From: Heptranchias perlo
Taxonomy: Eukaryota
DNA length: 64,000 nucleotides
Reading direction: 5' to 3'
Assembly (NCBI RefSeq): GCF_035084215.1
Contig: NC_090358.1
Coordinates: forward strand, 2,294,001-2,358,000
Shown: positions 23,144-34,729 of the stretch, one piece after another
Layout of the letters: each line of letters starts with the position of its first letter
Position numbering within the stretch: the first letter of the stretch is position 1
Position numbers and translations under genes: made by a program
Notes under the pieces: model-generated
What the model saw: the letters and a program-made list of their open reading frames with translations, nothing else
What the model was told of the DNA's origin: nothing
Databases searched by the model: none

Positions 23144-26100
23144 TGGCAGGGGGTTTGGAACCTGAGAAGGTATGGAGTAAAAGGTAAAGTGTTAAAAAAG
23201 GAAAAAAGCAGGAACTAAGTGTCACAAAACATATTTGAAAGTTCTTTTTCGGAATGTACGTAGCATTCGTAACAAAATGGACGAGTTAACGGCACAAATA
23301 ACTACGTATGGGTATGATCTTGTGGCCATTACAGAAACATGGCTGCAGGGTGATAACGACTGGGAATTAAATATGCCAGGGTATTTAACAATCAGGAAGG
23401 ACAGGCAGGAAGGAAGGAAGGAAGGAAGGAAGGGGAGGTGGGGTGGGGTGGCTATGTTAATAAAGGAAGGAATCACTGTAATACAGAGAAATGATATTGG
23501 GACAAAGGATCAGGATAATGAAACAGTTTAGGTAGAGATAAGGAATAATAAGGGGAAAAAAACACTAGTGGGCATAGTATATAGGCCTCCTAATAGTTGC
23601 AACTCTGCTGGAAGAAGTATTAATCAGGAAATAGTCAGGGCATGTAATAAGGGAACAGCTATAATTATGGGGGATTTTAACTATCATAATAACTGGACAA
23701 ATCAAATTGGGCAGGGCAGCCTTGAGGAAGAGTTTATTGAGTGTATTAGGGATGGATTTCTTGAGCAGTATGTAACTGATCCTACAAGGGGGCAAGCAAC
23801 CTTGGACCTGGTCCTGTGTAATGAGCCAGGATTAATTAATAATGTCCTAGTTAAGGATCCCCTTGGAATGAGTGACCATAACATGGTTACATTCCATATC
23901 CAATTAGAGGGTGAGAAGGTTGGTTCTCAAACAAGCGTACTGAGCTTGAATAAAGGATACTATGATGGCATGAGAGCGGAATTGATTATAGTGGACTGGG
24001 AAAATAGATTAAAGGGTAAGACGGTACATGAGCAGTGGTGTTCATTTAAGGAGTTATTTTACAACTTTCAAAAAAAAAAATTCCACTGAGGAAAAAAGGG
24101 TGTAAAAGAAATGACAGCCATCCGTGGCTAAGTAAAGAAATTAAGGATAGCATCCGACTAAAAATAAGGACATATAAGGTAGCCAAACTTAGTGGGAGGA
24201 TAGAAGATTGGGAAGTCTTCAAAAGACAGCAAAAAGTAACTAAAGGATTGATTAAGAAAGGGAAGATGGATTATGAAAATAAGTTAGCAAAAAATATAAA
24301 AACAGTTATATAAAAAGAAAAAGGGTGGCTAAGGCAAACGTAGGTCCCTTAGAGGATGAGACCGGGAAATTAATGGTGGGAAACATGGAGATGGCAAAAA
24401 TGCTGAACAAATATTTTGTTTCAGTCTTTACGGTAGAGGACACTAAGAATATCCCAACACTGGACAAACAGGGGGCTCTGGGGGGGGGGGGGGGGGGGAG
24501 GAGCTAAATATGATTAAAATCACTAAGGAATTGGTACTCAGTAAAATAATGGGACTCAAGGCGGATAAATCCCCTGGACCTGATGGCTTACATCCTAGGG
24601 TCTTGAGGGAAGTGGCAGTAGGGATTGTAGAGGCTTTGGTAATAATTTTCCAAAATTCTCTGGACTCAGCAAAGGACCCGGCAGATTGGAAAACTGCTAA
24701 TGTAACACCCTTATTTAAAAAGGGTAGTAGGCAGAAGGCTGGAAATTATAGACCAGTTAGCCTAACATCTGTGGTGGGTAAAATTTTGGAGTCTATTATT
24801 AAGGAGACAGTAGCGGAACATTTGGATAAACATAATTTAATAGTGCAAAGTCATCATGGCTTTATGAAGGGGAAGTCATGTCTGACAAATTTGCTTGAGT
24901 TCTTTGAGGATATAACGTACAGGGTGGATAAAGGGGAACCAGTGGACGTAGTGTATTTAGACTTCCAGAAGGCATTCGACAAGGTACCACATAAAAGATT
25001 ATTGCTCAAGATAAAGAATCACTGGATTGGGGGTAATATTCTGGCATGGGTGGAGAATTGGTTATCTAACAGGAAGCAGAGAGTCGGGATAAATGGTTCA
25101 TTCTCGGACTGGCAACCAGTAGCCAGTGGTGTTCCGCAGGGGTCGGTGCTGGGTCCCCAACTCTTTACAATCTATATTAACGATTTGGAGGAGGGGACCG
25201 AGTGTAACATATCAAAGTTTGCAGATGATGCAAAGATGGGAGGGAAAGTAGAGAGTGAGGAGGACATAAAAAACCTACAAGGGGATATAGACAGGCTGGG
25301 TGAGTGGGCAGAGATTTGGCACATGCAATACAATATTGGAAAATGTGAGGTTATGCACTTTGGCAGGAAAAATCAGAGAGCAAGTTATTATCTTAATGGC
25401 GAGAAACTGGAAAGTACTGCAGTACAAAGGGATCTGGGGGTCCTAGTGCAAGAAAATCAAAAAGTTAGTATGCAGGTGCAGCAGGTGATCAAGAAGGCCA
25501 ATGGAATGTTGGCTTTTATTGCTAGGGGGATAGAATATAAAAACAGGGAGGTATTGCTGCAGTTATATAAGGTATTGGTGAGACCGCACCTGGAATACTG
25601 CATACAGTTTTGGTGTCCATACTTAAGAAAAGACATACTTGCTCTCGAGGCAGTACAAAGAAGGTTCACTCGGTTAATCCCGGGGATGAGGGGGTGGACA
25701 TATGAGGAGAGGTTGAGTAGATTGGGACTCTACTCATTGGAGTTCAGAAGAATGAGAGGCGATCTTATTGAAACATAAAAGATTGTGAAGGGGCTTGATC
25801 GGGTGGATGCGGTAAGGATGTTCCCAAGGACGGATGAAACTAGAACTAGGGGGCATAATCTTAGAATAAGGGGCTGCTCTTTCAAAACTGAGATGAGGAG
25901 AAACTTCTTCACTCAGAGGGTAGTAGGTCTGTGGAATTTGCTGCCCCAGGAAGCTGTGGAAGCTACATCATTAAATAAATTTAAAACGGAAATAGACAGT
26001 TTCCTAGAAGTAAAGGGAATTAGGGGTTACGGGGAGCAGGCAGGAAATTGGACATGAAGCTGAGTTTGGATCGGTCAAGGCCCTGTGGGTGGCGGAGCGG

Positions 26101-26248
26101 GCCCAGGGGCTGAGTGGCCAGGTTCTGCTCCTACTTCTTGTGTTCTTTAGATTTGAGGTTAGGATCAGATCAGCCATGATCTTGTTGAATGGCGGAGCAG
26201 GCTCGAGGGGCTGATTGGCCTACTCCTGCTCCTATTTCTTATGTTCTT
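23144..26248 (+). mobile_element. CR1 LINE with complete but disrupted ORF2 (APE endonuclease + RT), nested in an older CR1 fragment (22925-23143 and 26249-26427)
   Basis: NVRSI, ITETW, GDFN and SDH endonuclease motifs; PGPDG, YRPVSL, QGSVLGP and FADD RT motifs; broken by a stop, homopolymer frameshifts and a (GGAA)n expansion. Confidence 0.93.
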
Positions 26249-27619
26249 AAAAAGCTGCAGATGCTGGGGGTCAACTGAAATTTTCAAGACCGAGATTATC
26301 AAAATTAGGGTATCAAGGGATATGGAGCAAAGGCCAATAAATAGAGTTGAGGTACAGATCAGCCATGATCTAACTGAGTGGCAGAACTGGCTCGTGGGCC
26401 TGAACGGCCTACGCCTGTTCCTCTGTATAAATAATCTCAACAGATGTCTCGATCATACAATTATAATTTTTTTTTTGCTTAGATTAACTTCCTGAACAGC
26501 CAATAGACAGCTGCACCATTGAGGCTATCTGCTGCAATGTAAACTTTTTCATTTAACTAAAACAGTTCTTTTTAAAAAAAAAAAGAGTACTTGCAAATGC
26601 GTGGAATTATCCATTTGTCCACTCAGTACCTGATCCCACACTTCGAACCTTGTGTCCATGTAAAAGGCGGCTCAAATAGTTTAGTATCTATAACCTATCA
26701 ATGAAAGTTTTTTAAACAGATATCACCTGCATAAAGGGGGAATGGATACTCAGAAGTGAGTACAGGCTTAAAATATCACACCTCCATATCTATAACATTT
26801 ATCACACAGCATGGAGTTCAAAGAGAGTGGAACCTTCTAGAAATGCACAAGGTAGGTCAGCAATAAATAAATGATGATGATTTACTGTTTCTATTTTCCA
26901 CTTCTGGAACTTGTGGTTTTCTTTTCACCTCACTCCACATGACTGACACATCATGCACGTTGGGTCCATACTGAAGGAGTAGTGTATGTGTCGCAGTCAT
27001 TGCGGCTTCAGTTAAGTGACGACCACCAGGTAATAACAATCAGCTCACCATACACTTTGATTAGGTTTATTTCCTCAGATTTCTCCTTCTCTTTTGAAGG
27101 TGCTGAATCTTCAACTGTAGTTCTCCCTCCAGTGCCTCATCCAAGTGCCCATCACACACAGGAGCCCTGACAGTGACTGTTAACAGGCTATTTATCCATG
27201 GGGTGGAGGGGGAAGGGGGCAGTACTGGTCTCCTGATGTTTACACATTTACATGTCTGACAGCAGAGTCAGGAGTGGGCCTCCTAGTCGATTCTCCCTCC
27301 TTTAGCCCCCTCAGACCAGGGATGTGAGGCAAGCTGCAGCTCCAGCTGAGGCTGAGGCTGGCTAACTGAGCACCAACCAGGGGTATAATCTGGGGCTCAG
27401 TGCTATTTCTTTAGTGGATTATTTGCTTTCACCGTCAAGGCAGTGAAGCTTGTGTCCAACCAAACCTAATCCCAAACCAACCCCATTCTCAACCCTATCC
27501 TCAATCTCAATCCCAACCCCAAAGGCCTTGAGCAATGGGCTGTCCTCATCCCACCTGAGGCCTTCTTCACCTGAATGCTGGTCCTGCCCGGCTCTCCCAC
27601 TCCCCGAAATACAACAGCC

Positions 27620-27835
27620 ACCGCCGGCTCACCTTCAACCAGCGGCCGCCGCCCCGCGGCTCCCGAGACCAGAATTAGGCGCAAACTCCCAGTGGACCCG
27701 GCTTCAGGCCGCTCCGGTCCAGCCGTCCATCACTTCCGGTGATCCGCCGCGCATGCGGAGTAGTTGCCTTCCTGCGGGTGACGTCAGAAGCGGCTTTAAA
27801 TTCCCCGCGCAGAGCGAGCTCGCGCCCCAGAGCGG
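27620..27835. promoter_or_regulatory. CpG-island bidirectional promoter for SNAPC5 (-) and the RDH-like gene (+), with a candidate SNAPC5 non-coding exon 1
   Basis: CpG-dense; ETS/GABP CACTTCCGG 27731-27739, NRF1-like GCGCATGCG ~27748-27756, CRE TGACGTCA 27779-27786; minus-strand donor AAG|GTGAGC at 27633/27632. Confidence 0.75.
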
Positions 27836-28415
27836 ACCGACCGACCGGCCATAGCAACCGGGACCGACCGGCCATAGCAACCGGGACCGACCGACCGGCC
27901 ATAGCAACCGGGACCGACCGACCGGCCATAGCAACCGGGACCGACCGGCCATAGCAACCGGGACCGACCGACCGGCCATAGCAACCGTGACCGACCGACC
28001 GGCCATAGCAACCGGGACCGACCGGCCATAGCAACCGGGACCGACCGGCCATAGCAACCGTGACCGACCGACCGGCCATAGCAACCGGGACCGACCGACC
28101 GGCCATAGCAACCGGGACCGACCGACCGGCCATAGCAACCGGGACCGACCGACCGGCCATAGCAACCGGGACCGACCGACCGGCCATAGCAACCGGGACC
28201 GACCGACCGGCCATAGCAACCGGGACCGACCGGCCATAGCAACCGGCCATAGCAACCGGGACCGACCGACCGGCCATAGCAACCGGGACCGACCGGCCAT
28301 AGCAACCGTGACCGACCGACCGGCCATAGCAACCGTGACCGACCGACCGGCCATAGCAACCGGGACCGACCGGCCATAGCAACCGGGACCGACCGACCGG
28401 CCATAGCAACCGGGA
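27835..28415. repeat. Minisatellite, 23 units of 23/27 bp ((GACC)2-3 GGCCATAGCAACCGG)
   Basis: 23 CATAGCAAC cores counted; unit length varies by one GACC; one 13-bp short unit; occasional CCGTG variant. Confidence 0.97.
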
Positions 28416-28444
28416 ACAGACAGTATCCGCCCACGGAGAGCGCC

Positions 28445-28514
28445 ATGGCTTCTTGGGAAGCGAGAGAGTTTTTGCAGCGACATTCGGTGGGGGTTTGCTC
28501 CCTGGCCATGGCAG
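28445..28514 (+). CDS. RDH11/12/13-like short-chain dehydrogenase/reductase, exon 1
   Basis: Kozak cgccATGG; MASWEAREFLQRHSVGVCSLAMA-G|gtattg; phase 1 joins the exon at 54159 and completes a hydrophobic N-terminal anchor. Confidence 0.75.
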
Positions 28515-28689
28515 GTATTGACTTTTAGTGATTTATGTGTCTATTTCCAGATATCTCTGCTCCTCTTCACCATTTAATTTCATACCTTCCAATGAATAAG
28601 TCGCCTCCTTATTCCTCCTACCATCTCACACTTGGCTATATCGAATTTAATTTGCCATTCATCCACCTACTCTGCAAGCCCACTTTTAG

Positions 28690-29830
28690 TAGAAATAAAT
28701 AAGGCCGTAAAAAACAAACTTAGCACTGGGGTTCATTTCTAGAGGGATAGAATTGAAAAGCAGAGAAGTTATGTTAAACTTGTATAAAATCTTGGTTAAA
28801 CCACACCTGGAATACTGTGAACAGTTCTGGTCTCCATATTATAGAAAGGATATAGAGGCACTGGAGAAGGTGTGAAAAAGATTCATGAGGATGATATCTG
28901 AACTAAGAGTTTTACCTATCAGGAAAGATTGAACTGGGGATCGTTTTTCTAGAAAAGAAAGGACTGAGGGGTGACCTGATAGAGGTCTTTTAAGATTATG
29001 AGATTGTTAGGGTAGGTGTAGAGAATATGTTTCCACTTGTGGGGGAGAACAGAACTAGGAGCCATAAATATAATATAGTCTCTTAATAAATGCAGTAGGG
29101 AATTCAGAAGAAACTTCTTTACCCAGAGAGTGCTTAGAATGTGGCACTCACTACCATAAGGAGTAGTTGAGGCGACTAGCACCGGTGCATTTAAGGCAAT
29201 CTAGATAAACACATGAGGGAGGAAGTAATAGAAGGATATGCTGATAGGGTTAGATGAAATAGGGTGGGAGGAGGCTCGTGTGGAGCAGAAACACCGGCAC
29301 GGACCTGTTGGGCCGGCTGGCCTGTTTTTGTGCTGTACGTTGTGTGTAATTTTGGTGTAGTCTTTCATATTGTTAACTATACCGCTCAATTTGGTATCAT
29401 CTGCAATTTTCAACACCATATCTCCAATTCCTGAGTCAAAATCATTTCTGTATGTGGTGAACAACAGCGGTCCCATCATGAATCCCTGACAAACATCACT
29501 TCCCACTTTCTGCCAGTCTGAGAAACTTCCCTTAACTCTCACCTTCTGCTTTCTGTTTTGTAGCCATTTTTCAATCCATTCTGCTACCTAGCTCTGAACT
29601 CCACACGCCCTGTCCTTTGTCATGAATCTCTAATGTGACACCTTATCGAAGGCCTTCTGAAAGTCCATGTACACCACATCCATTGCATTGCCCAGGTCTA
29701 TTTGTTATTTCTTCAAAAAATTCATTAAGGCTGGTTAAACATGACTTTCCTTTTAGAAATCCATGATGGCTTTTTTTATTACATTCTCCGTTTCTAAATG
29801 TTTTGTTATCTGATATTTTAGTGAAGGTTC
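28690..29830. mobile_element. Degenerate CR1 fragments (28690-29345 plus; 29350-29830 minus)
   Basis: LYK.LVKPHLEY on plus; GPLLF/IADDTKL on minus. Confidence 0.8.
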
Positions 29831-30159
29831 TAGTGTCTTACTACTGATAGGCTAACTGGCTTCTTAACTGACAGTTGAGTGTGAGCTGTACCTTGAGGAG
29901 ATGCTTGTTTGTTAAGTTTGTATGCAATGGAGATGAAATAATGGCCAAGATCCCCTGCGGAAACTTGCTTTAATGGGAACCAAAGCCTAGGATCCCCAAC
30001 AGCTTGGTGACCGTTTTTGGAGGATGATTCATCCTTAATCTTGTTTTTGGCTAGCTTCTGCCAGTACCACCGATGACACTGTATGCCCGAGATATTCCAC
30101 TTGCCTTCAGAGGCGGAAGCCTCCTTTGGATTTGATTTTAAGTTCAGAATTGTAAAGCC

Positions 30160-30590
30160 TAGGAACAGGAGTAGGACATTCAGCCCCTTGAGCCTGTTTC
30201 GCCATTCAGTGAGATCATGGCTGATCTGTATCTTAACTCCATGCACCCGCCTTGGCTCCATATCCCTTAATACCCTTGGCTAGCAAAAATCTATCGATCG
30301 CAGATTTAAAATGATTAATTGAGCTGGCATCTACTGCTTTTTGTGGGAGGGAGTTCCACACTTCTACCATCCTTTGCGTGAAGAAGTGTTTCCTAACTTC
30401 TCTCCTGAGTGGCCTTGCTCTGATTTTAAGGTTATACCCCCTTCTCCTAGATTCCCCCACCAGTGGCAAAAGTTTCTCTCTATCTATCCTATCTTTTCTT
30501 TTCAAAATCCTAAAAATCTCAATCTAATCACCCTTAACCTTCTATATTCCAGGGAATACAAGCCTAGTTTATGTAATCTCTCTTCATAAT
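30160..30590 (-). mobile_element. CR1 3' fragment
   Basis: DRIDREKL.PLVGESR.RG..LKIRARP on minus, plus tail. Confidence 0.85.
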
Positions 30591-31637
30591 CTAGCTTTTT
30601 CAGTACCTGTGCCTGCTGTTCCAGATGGTCCTCAAAAGGAATAGATGAATAATTTTAAATAGAAAGAGGCAGGAGGTCAGTTTGAATTCTCTGATCACAA
30701 GTTACATCAATAGCTGAAAAGTCCAAATATTCCAAAACAGACACCTTCTGTATCCTTTCCTGCACTAAGTTCCACTTGCCCATCATCCTGATTTTTGCTG
30801 ATCTACATTGGCTCTTAGTCCCACAACTCATTAAATTTACAGTCTCGTCATCTTTGAATCTATTTGCAGCCTCACCCTTTCCTATCTCTGCAACCTTCTG
30901 CAGCACGATCCCCTCTGGCACCCTTCAGTCCTCCAATTCTGGCCTTTAGTGCATTTCCCTTTGTGCCTCCTGTTGTCCCAACATTGGGGGCAGAGCTCTC
31001 AGCTGCCTTGTTTCTACTCTCTGGGACTTCCTCTAACTTTCTTTTTCTCTTCTACCTTCAAAAGCCTTCTCAAAACCTATCTTTTCAATCAAGCTCATTG
31101 TCACCTCTCCTAATTGCTTCCCGCCATGGCTCGGTGTCCATTCTCATATCCTATTGTTTTCTTTCCTCCTCTTCCCCCCCCCCCCCCCAACTTAAAGCAC
31201 CATGGGATGTTTTCTATGTTAAAGCAAAGTGTAAGTTATGCAGTTCAAATAGTAATGTTCAAAAACTGTTTCAATGGATGTTCTTCACTGGTTATCTGAG
31301 GGTACCTCTATCTGACAGCTTTCTGTAATATCTGTGGTCAAAAAGAAATGTTTCACCAGTGCCGTTGCTGTTGGCAGTGGGTAGATCCCTTTCTTTGTAA
31401 TGTAGTGATGTACACAGAGCTGCATGCTACTATCTAGAGTCCTGATACATTGGAGTAGCCCAGGTGTTTGTATGTGGTTGGATGACTTGTGTTGACCTTT
31501 ACGTAGGGGTGGATACGAGTGGTAATGACATAGGATACATACAGCAGACCAGCCGGATCCTACTGACTACATAAATATTGTATATTGTGGGTTCTCAATT
31601 TGCCTTCTGTTAAGCCATGGCTACATATGCAAATTAA

Positions 31638-31787
31638 GATGTGGAGGTGCCGGTGATGGACTGGGGTGGACAAATGTAAGGAGTCGCACAACACCAGGTT
31701 ATAGTCCAACAGCTTTATTTGAAATCACAAGCTTTTGGAGCTTTGCTTCTTCGTCAGGTGACCTGGTGTTGTGCGACTCCTTACATG
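31638..31787. mobile_element. Short Penelope-like element with an inverted terminal segment
   Basis: Perfect 26-bp inverted repeat at 31674-31699 / 31761-31786; 12-bp TSD TATGCAAATTAA (31626-31637, 31788-31799); degenerate minus-strand hammerhead CTGACGA...C(C)AAAAGCTTGTG. Confidence 0.75.
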
Positions 31788-31949
31788 TATGCAAATTAAA
31801 TTAGTTCCAATGTAAAATATTTATAAAACAGATGAGAATTAGGGTTGTAAGCCATATACTTTGAGTAATATTACATTGAGGCAATATGTCACCTGCCAAC
31901 TTCAAAAAACCTGGCAGAATTTAAAGACTGCAAAACAAAGGTAGAGTAA

Positions 31950-32370
31950 CTGTGGAAACTGGGATTATTCTCCTTAGAGCAGAGAAGGGTAAGAGGAGAT
32001 TAATACAGGTGTTCAAAATTATGAGGGGTTTTGATAGAGTAGATAAGAAGAAACTGTTTGCATCGGTGGGAAGGTCGTTAACCAGAGGACGCAGATTTAA
32101 GACAATTGGCAAAAGAACCAGAGGGGAGATGAGAATTTTTTTTTAACGCAGCGAGTTGTTGTGATCTGGAATGCACTGCCTGAAAGACTGGTGGAAGGAC
32201 ATTCAATAGTAACTTTCAAAAGGGAATTGGATAAATACTTGAAAAGGAAAAAATTGCAGCGCTATGGGGAAAGTGCGGGGGAGTGGGACTAATTGGATAA
32301 CTCTTTCAAAGAGCCGGCACAGGCACAGTGAGCTGATTGGCCTCCTTCTGCATTGTATGATTCTATGACT
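31950..32370 (+). mobile_element. CR1 3' fragment
   Basis: LIQVFKIMRGFDRVDKKKLF...TRG.RFK; TTCTATGA tail. Confidence 0.85.
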
Positions 32371-34230
32371 TGACTTGGCTCAGCAGAGTTTGTTGCTTGT
32401 TTGTATAGATATAGTGAGGAAGAATAGAGCTTCCAAGATGGGGAGCTGAAATGTCCATGATACAGATTAACTACTGAAGTAATAACTTGAAGTGCAAGTA
32501 TTACGGAGGGTCTCTTTGTGAAATGAGTTCCGACAGTCTCAAACTCATTTCCTAATGAGTACAGGCTTACAGTTTTAAAAAGAAAAGCTGTCCAAAATTT
32601 GGCTCAAATTCTGTCCCAGAAGGGAGGCGGGTGTGAAATACAGAGGAAAATGTGGCCAGTGCAATTTTAAGTTAGGATTAAAGACTAAAAGGAGTTTCAC
32701 CCTGCATCTGAAAGTGCTTGACCCTGACACTGGCTGACATGAGTGGAAGAAATGAACCATTCCCCAGCATTGATGCACTTCACTTTGATGAGCACAAAGA
32801 AAATTTATTTAAAATATAGATGACATAAGTGACAAACAGATTGTTTCCTCAGTTCACTTCTGTCTCAGTGCCAGTCTGCTGCTCCATGTGACCTTAATCT
32901 GGTGACATTGTAAATTAGCCAAGGAGTGCGAGGGATGCAAAGCATTTGGAGATGTGTAGCATTAGAACCTTGATTGTGTCCAATTAAAAGCAAATAAGTA
33001 GTTTTTTTACTGAGAGGAGATGGAGGGGGACAATGTTCTCTTGGCCACATAGCTTAATCTATGCCTTTTCACTAAGCTACTTTATTGTTGCTATGCACTC
33101 CTGGTTTGCAGGTTAAGCAAATATTGACTGATTTATTTTTCTTTTCTCCTTTGCTGGTTTTCTCCACTCGCAGACAACGGGCAAGAGAAGCAGCAGTTGT
33201 TCTTGCTAATCTGATTTTAAGTGGCATTAAGAGAATTTAATTCCCTGTTCTTGACCTGAAGTTAACAAGGTTGCTGTAACCTTTTGTACAAGTGGTTCTG
33301 TAATAGCCTTGACTGCTAGTATTAACAAAGAAACAGTTTCAGGCAGAAGACTTTTGGTCCATCTAGCCCACCTATTCACAGAGCTCTCAGGGTGCATTTC
33401 CAATAACCTTGAATCTCATTTGTTGACTAGAGTTTCTTGAAACTCATTGAGGTTTGTTGTTCCACCATATTTATATTATGGAGTGGTTCTGGGAGAAGTG
33501 GAGAAACAGCTTCATGTACATAACCCCAATCTTCACGTTCCCCATCCATAGCGCTGTTGACTGAAGAGTTGGTTTGGGAAAATAACGCCATCAAATGTGT
33601 TTAAGAACCACCTCACTCGCTCGACTGGGTTGCTGCTGAAATCAGGCAATCATCCGAAGCAGCTCTACCATTACTAGTGGGTACCTCCTCAGAATTCATC
33701 CCTGGTCTGCTTTTAATTTTAATACAGGGCTTCATTTGTTCTTGCTGGAGCCACGTGTTACTCCTGGTTTCATTACAAATTCACGAGATGCCATTTGTTT
33801 TTCAAAATTGGAGCAACTGACTGGTGTCAGCTTGGCTTAGTTGGTAGCAATCTCATCTCTGTGGAAAAAGATTGTGGCTGCAAGTCTCACATCAGGCCTA
33901 GCATGTGTAAACTCGGCTGACATTGAGATGTTAAATTGAGGGCCTTGCTAGGTGGGCATTAAAGATCGCATGGCATTATTTGGAAGAGGAGGTGGGAGTT
34001 TTTCTGGTATCCTGGCCAACATTCTTCCCTCAAAAAGCACCAAAAAAAAGTAAACTGGTCCTTCCTCTCTATTTGTGGATGTTTTGTGCAGAATGGGCCA
34101 CACTAGTTGGTGGAGTGAAGTGATTTTGAGGTGTTTCATTGATGTGATGAGGCACTAAATAGTTCAGGATTTGTTCAGAAGTTAATATTTTTAAATAAGA
34201 GCAGTATTTCCCCCCGGTTACATTCTGATA

Positions 34231-34401
34231 AGGAGGGTGGGGTGGTGGGGGTGGGTGTTGGGTGGGGTGGGGTGGTGGGGGTGGGTTTTGGGTGGGGTGA
34301 TGGGGGTGGGTGTTGGGTAGGGGGGTTGGGTGGGGTGGGGTGGGGGTGGGGTGGGGGTGGGGGGTGGGGTGGGGGTGGGTGTTGAGGTGGGGTGGGGGGG
34401 G
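34231..34401. repeat. G-rich low-complexity tract ((GGGT/GGGGT)n), potential G-quadruplex
   Basis: More than 20 runs of three or more G with short loops. Confidence 0.9.
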
Positions 34402-34729
34402 TACATTTTGCTCCATTTTGAAGGTTGGCCACTGAGCCATTATCCTCAATCCCAATCCCTGCCCCACAAAGATCAAGGTATTATAGTATCGTAGAAGGTG
34501 CACAGCACAGGAGGAGGCCATTTGGCCCATCGTGCCCGTGCCAGCTCTTTGAAGGAGCTATCCAATTAGTCCCATTTCTTTGCTCTTTCCCCATAGCCCT
34601 GTAAATTTTTTCTCTTCAAGTATTTATCTAATTCCCTTTTGGAAGCAGATTCAATAGTAACTTTCACCACCCTTTCAGGCAGCGCATTGCAGATCAATTA
34701 ATTAATTAAATTCAATTAATTAAATAAAA

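Noticed and set aside
23144-26248. Active CR1 element
   Set aside because: ORF1 is missing and ORF2 has a TAG at ~23529 and several frameshifts, although some homopolymer frameshifts could be sequencing errors
27835-28415. CRISPR-like appearance of this array and of 53270-53908
   Set aside because: Units are head-to-tail with no unique spacers, there are no cas genes, and the context is eukaryotic
27675-28509. Three 237-259-aa minus-strand ORFs
   Set aside because: Translations of the stop-free 23/27-bp minisatellite in all frames; no domain content
34069-34530. Pro/His-rich minus-strand ORFs
   Set aside because: Translations of the G-rich low-complexity tract
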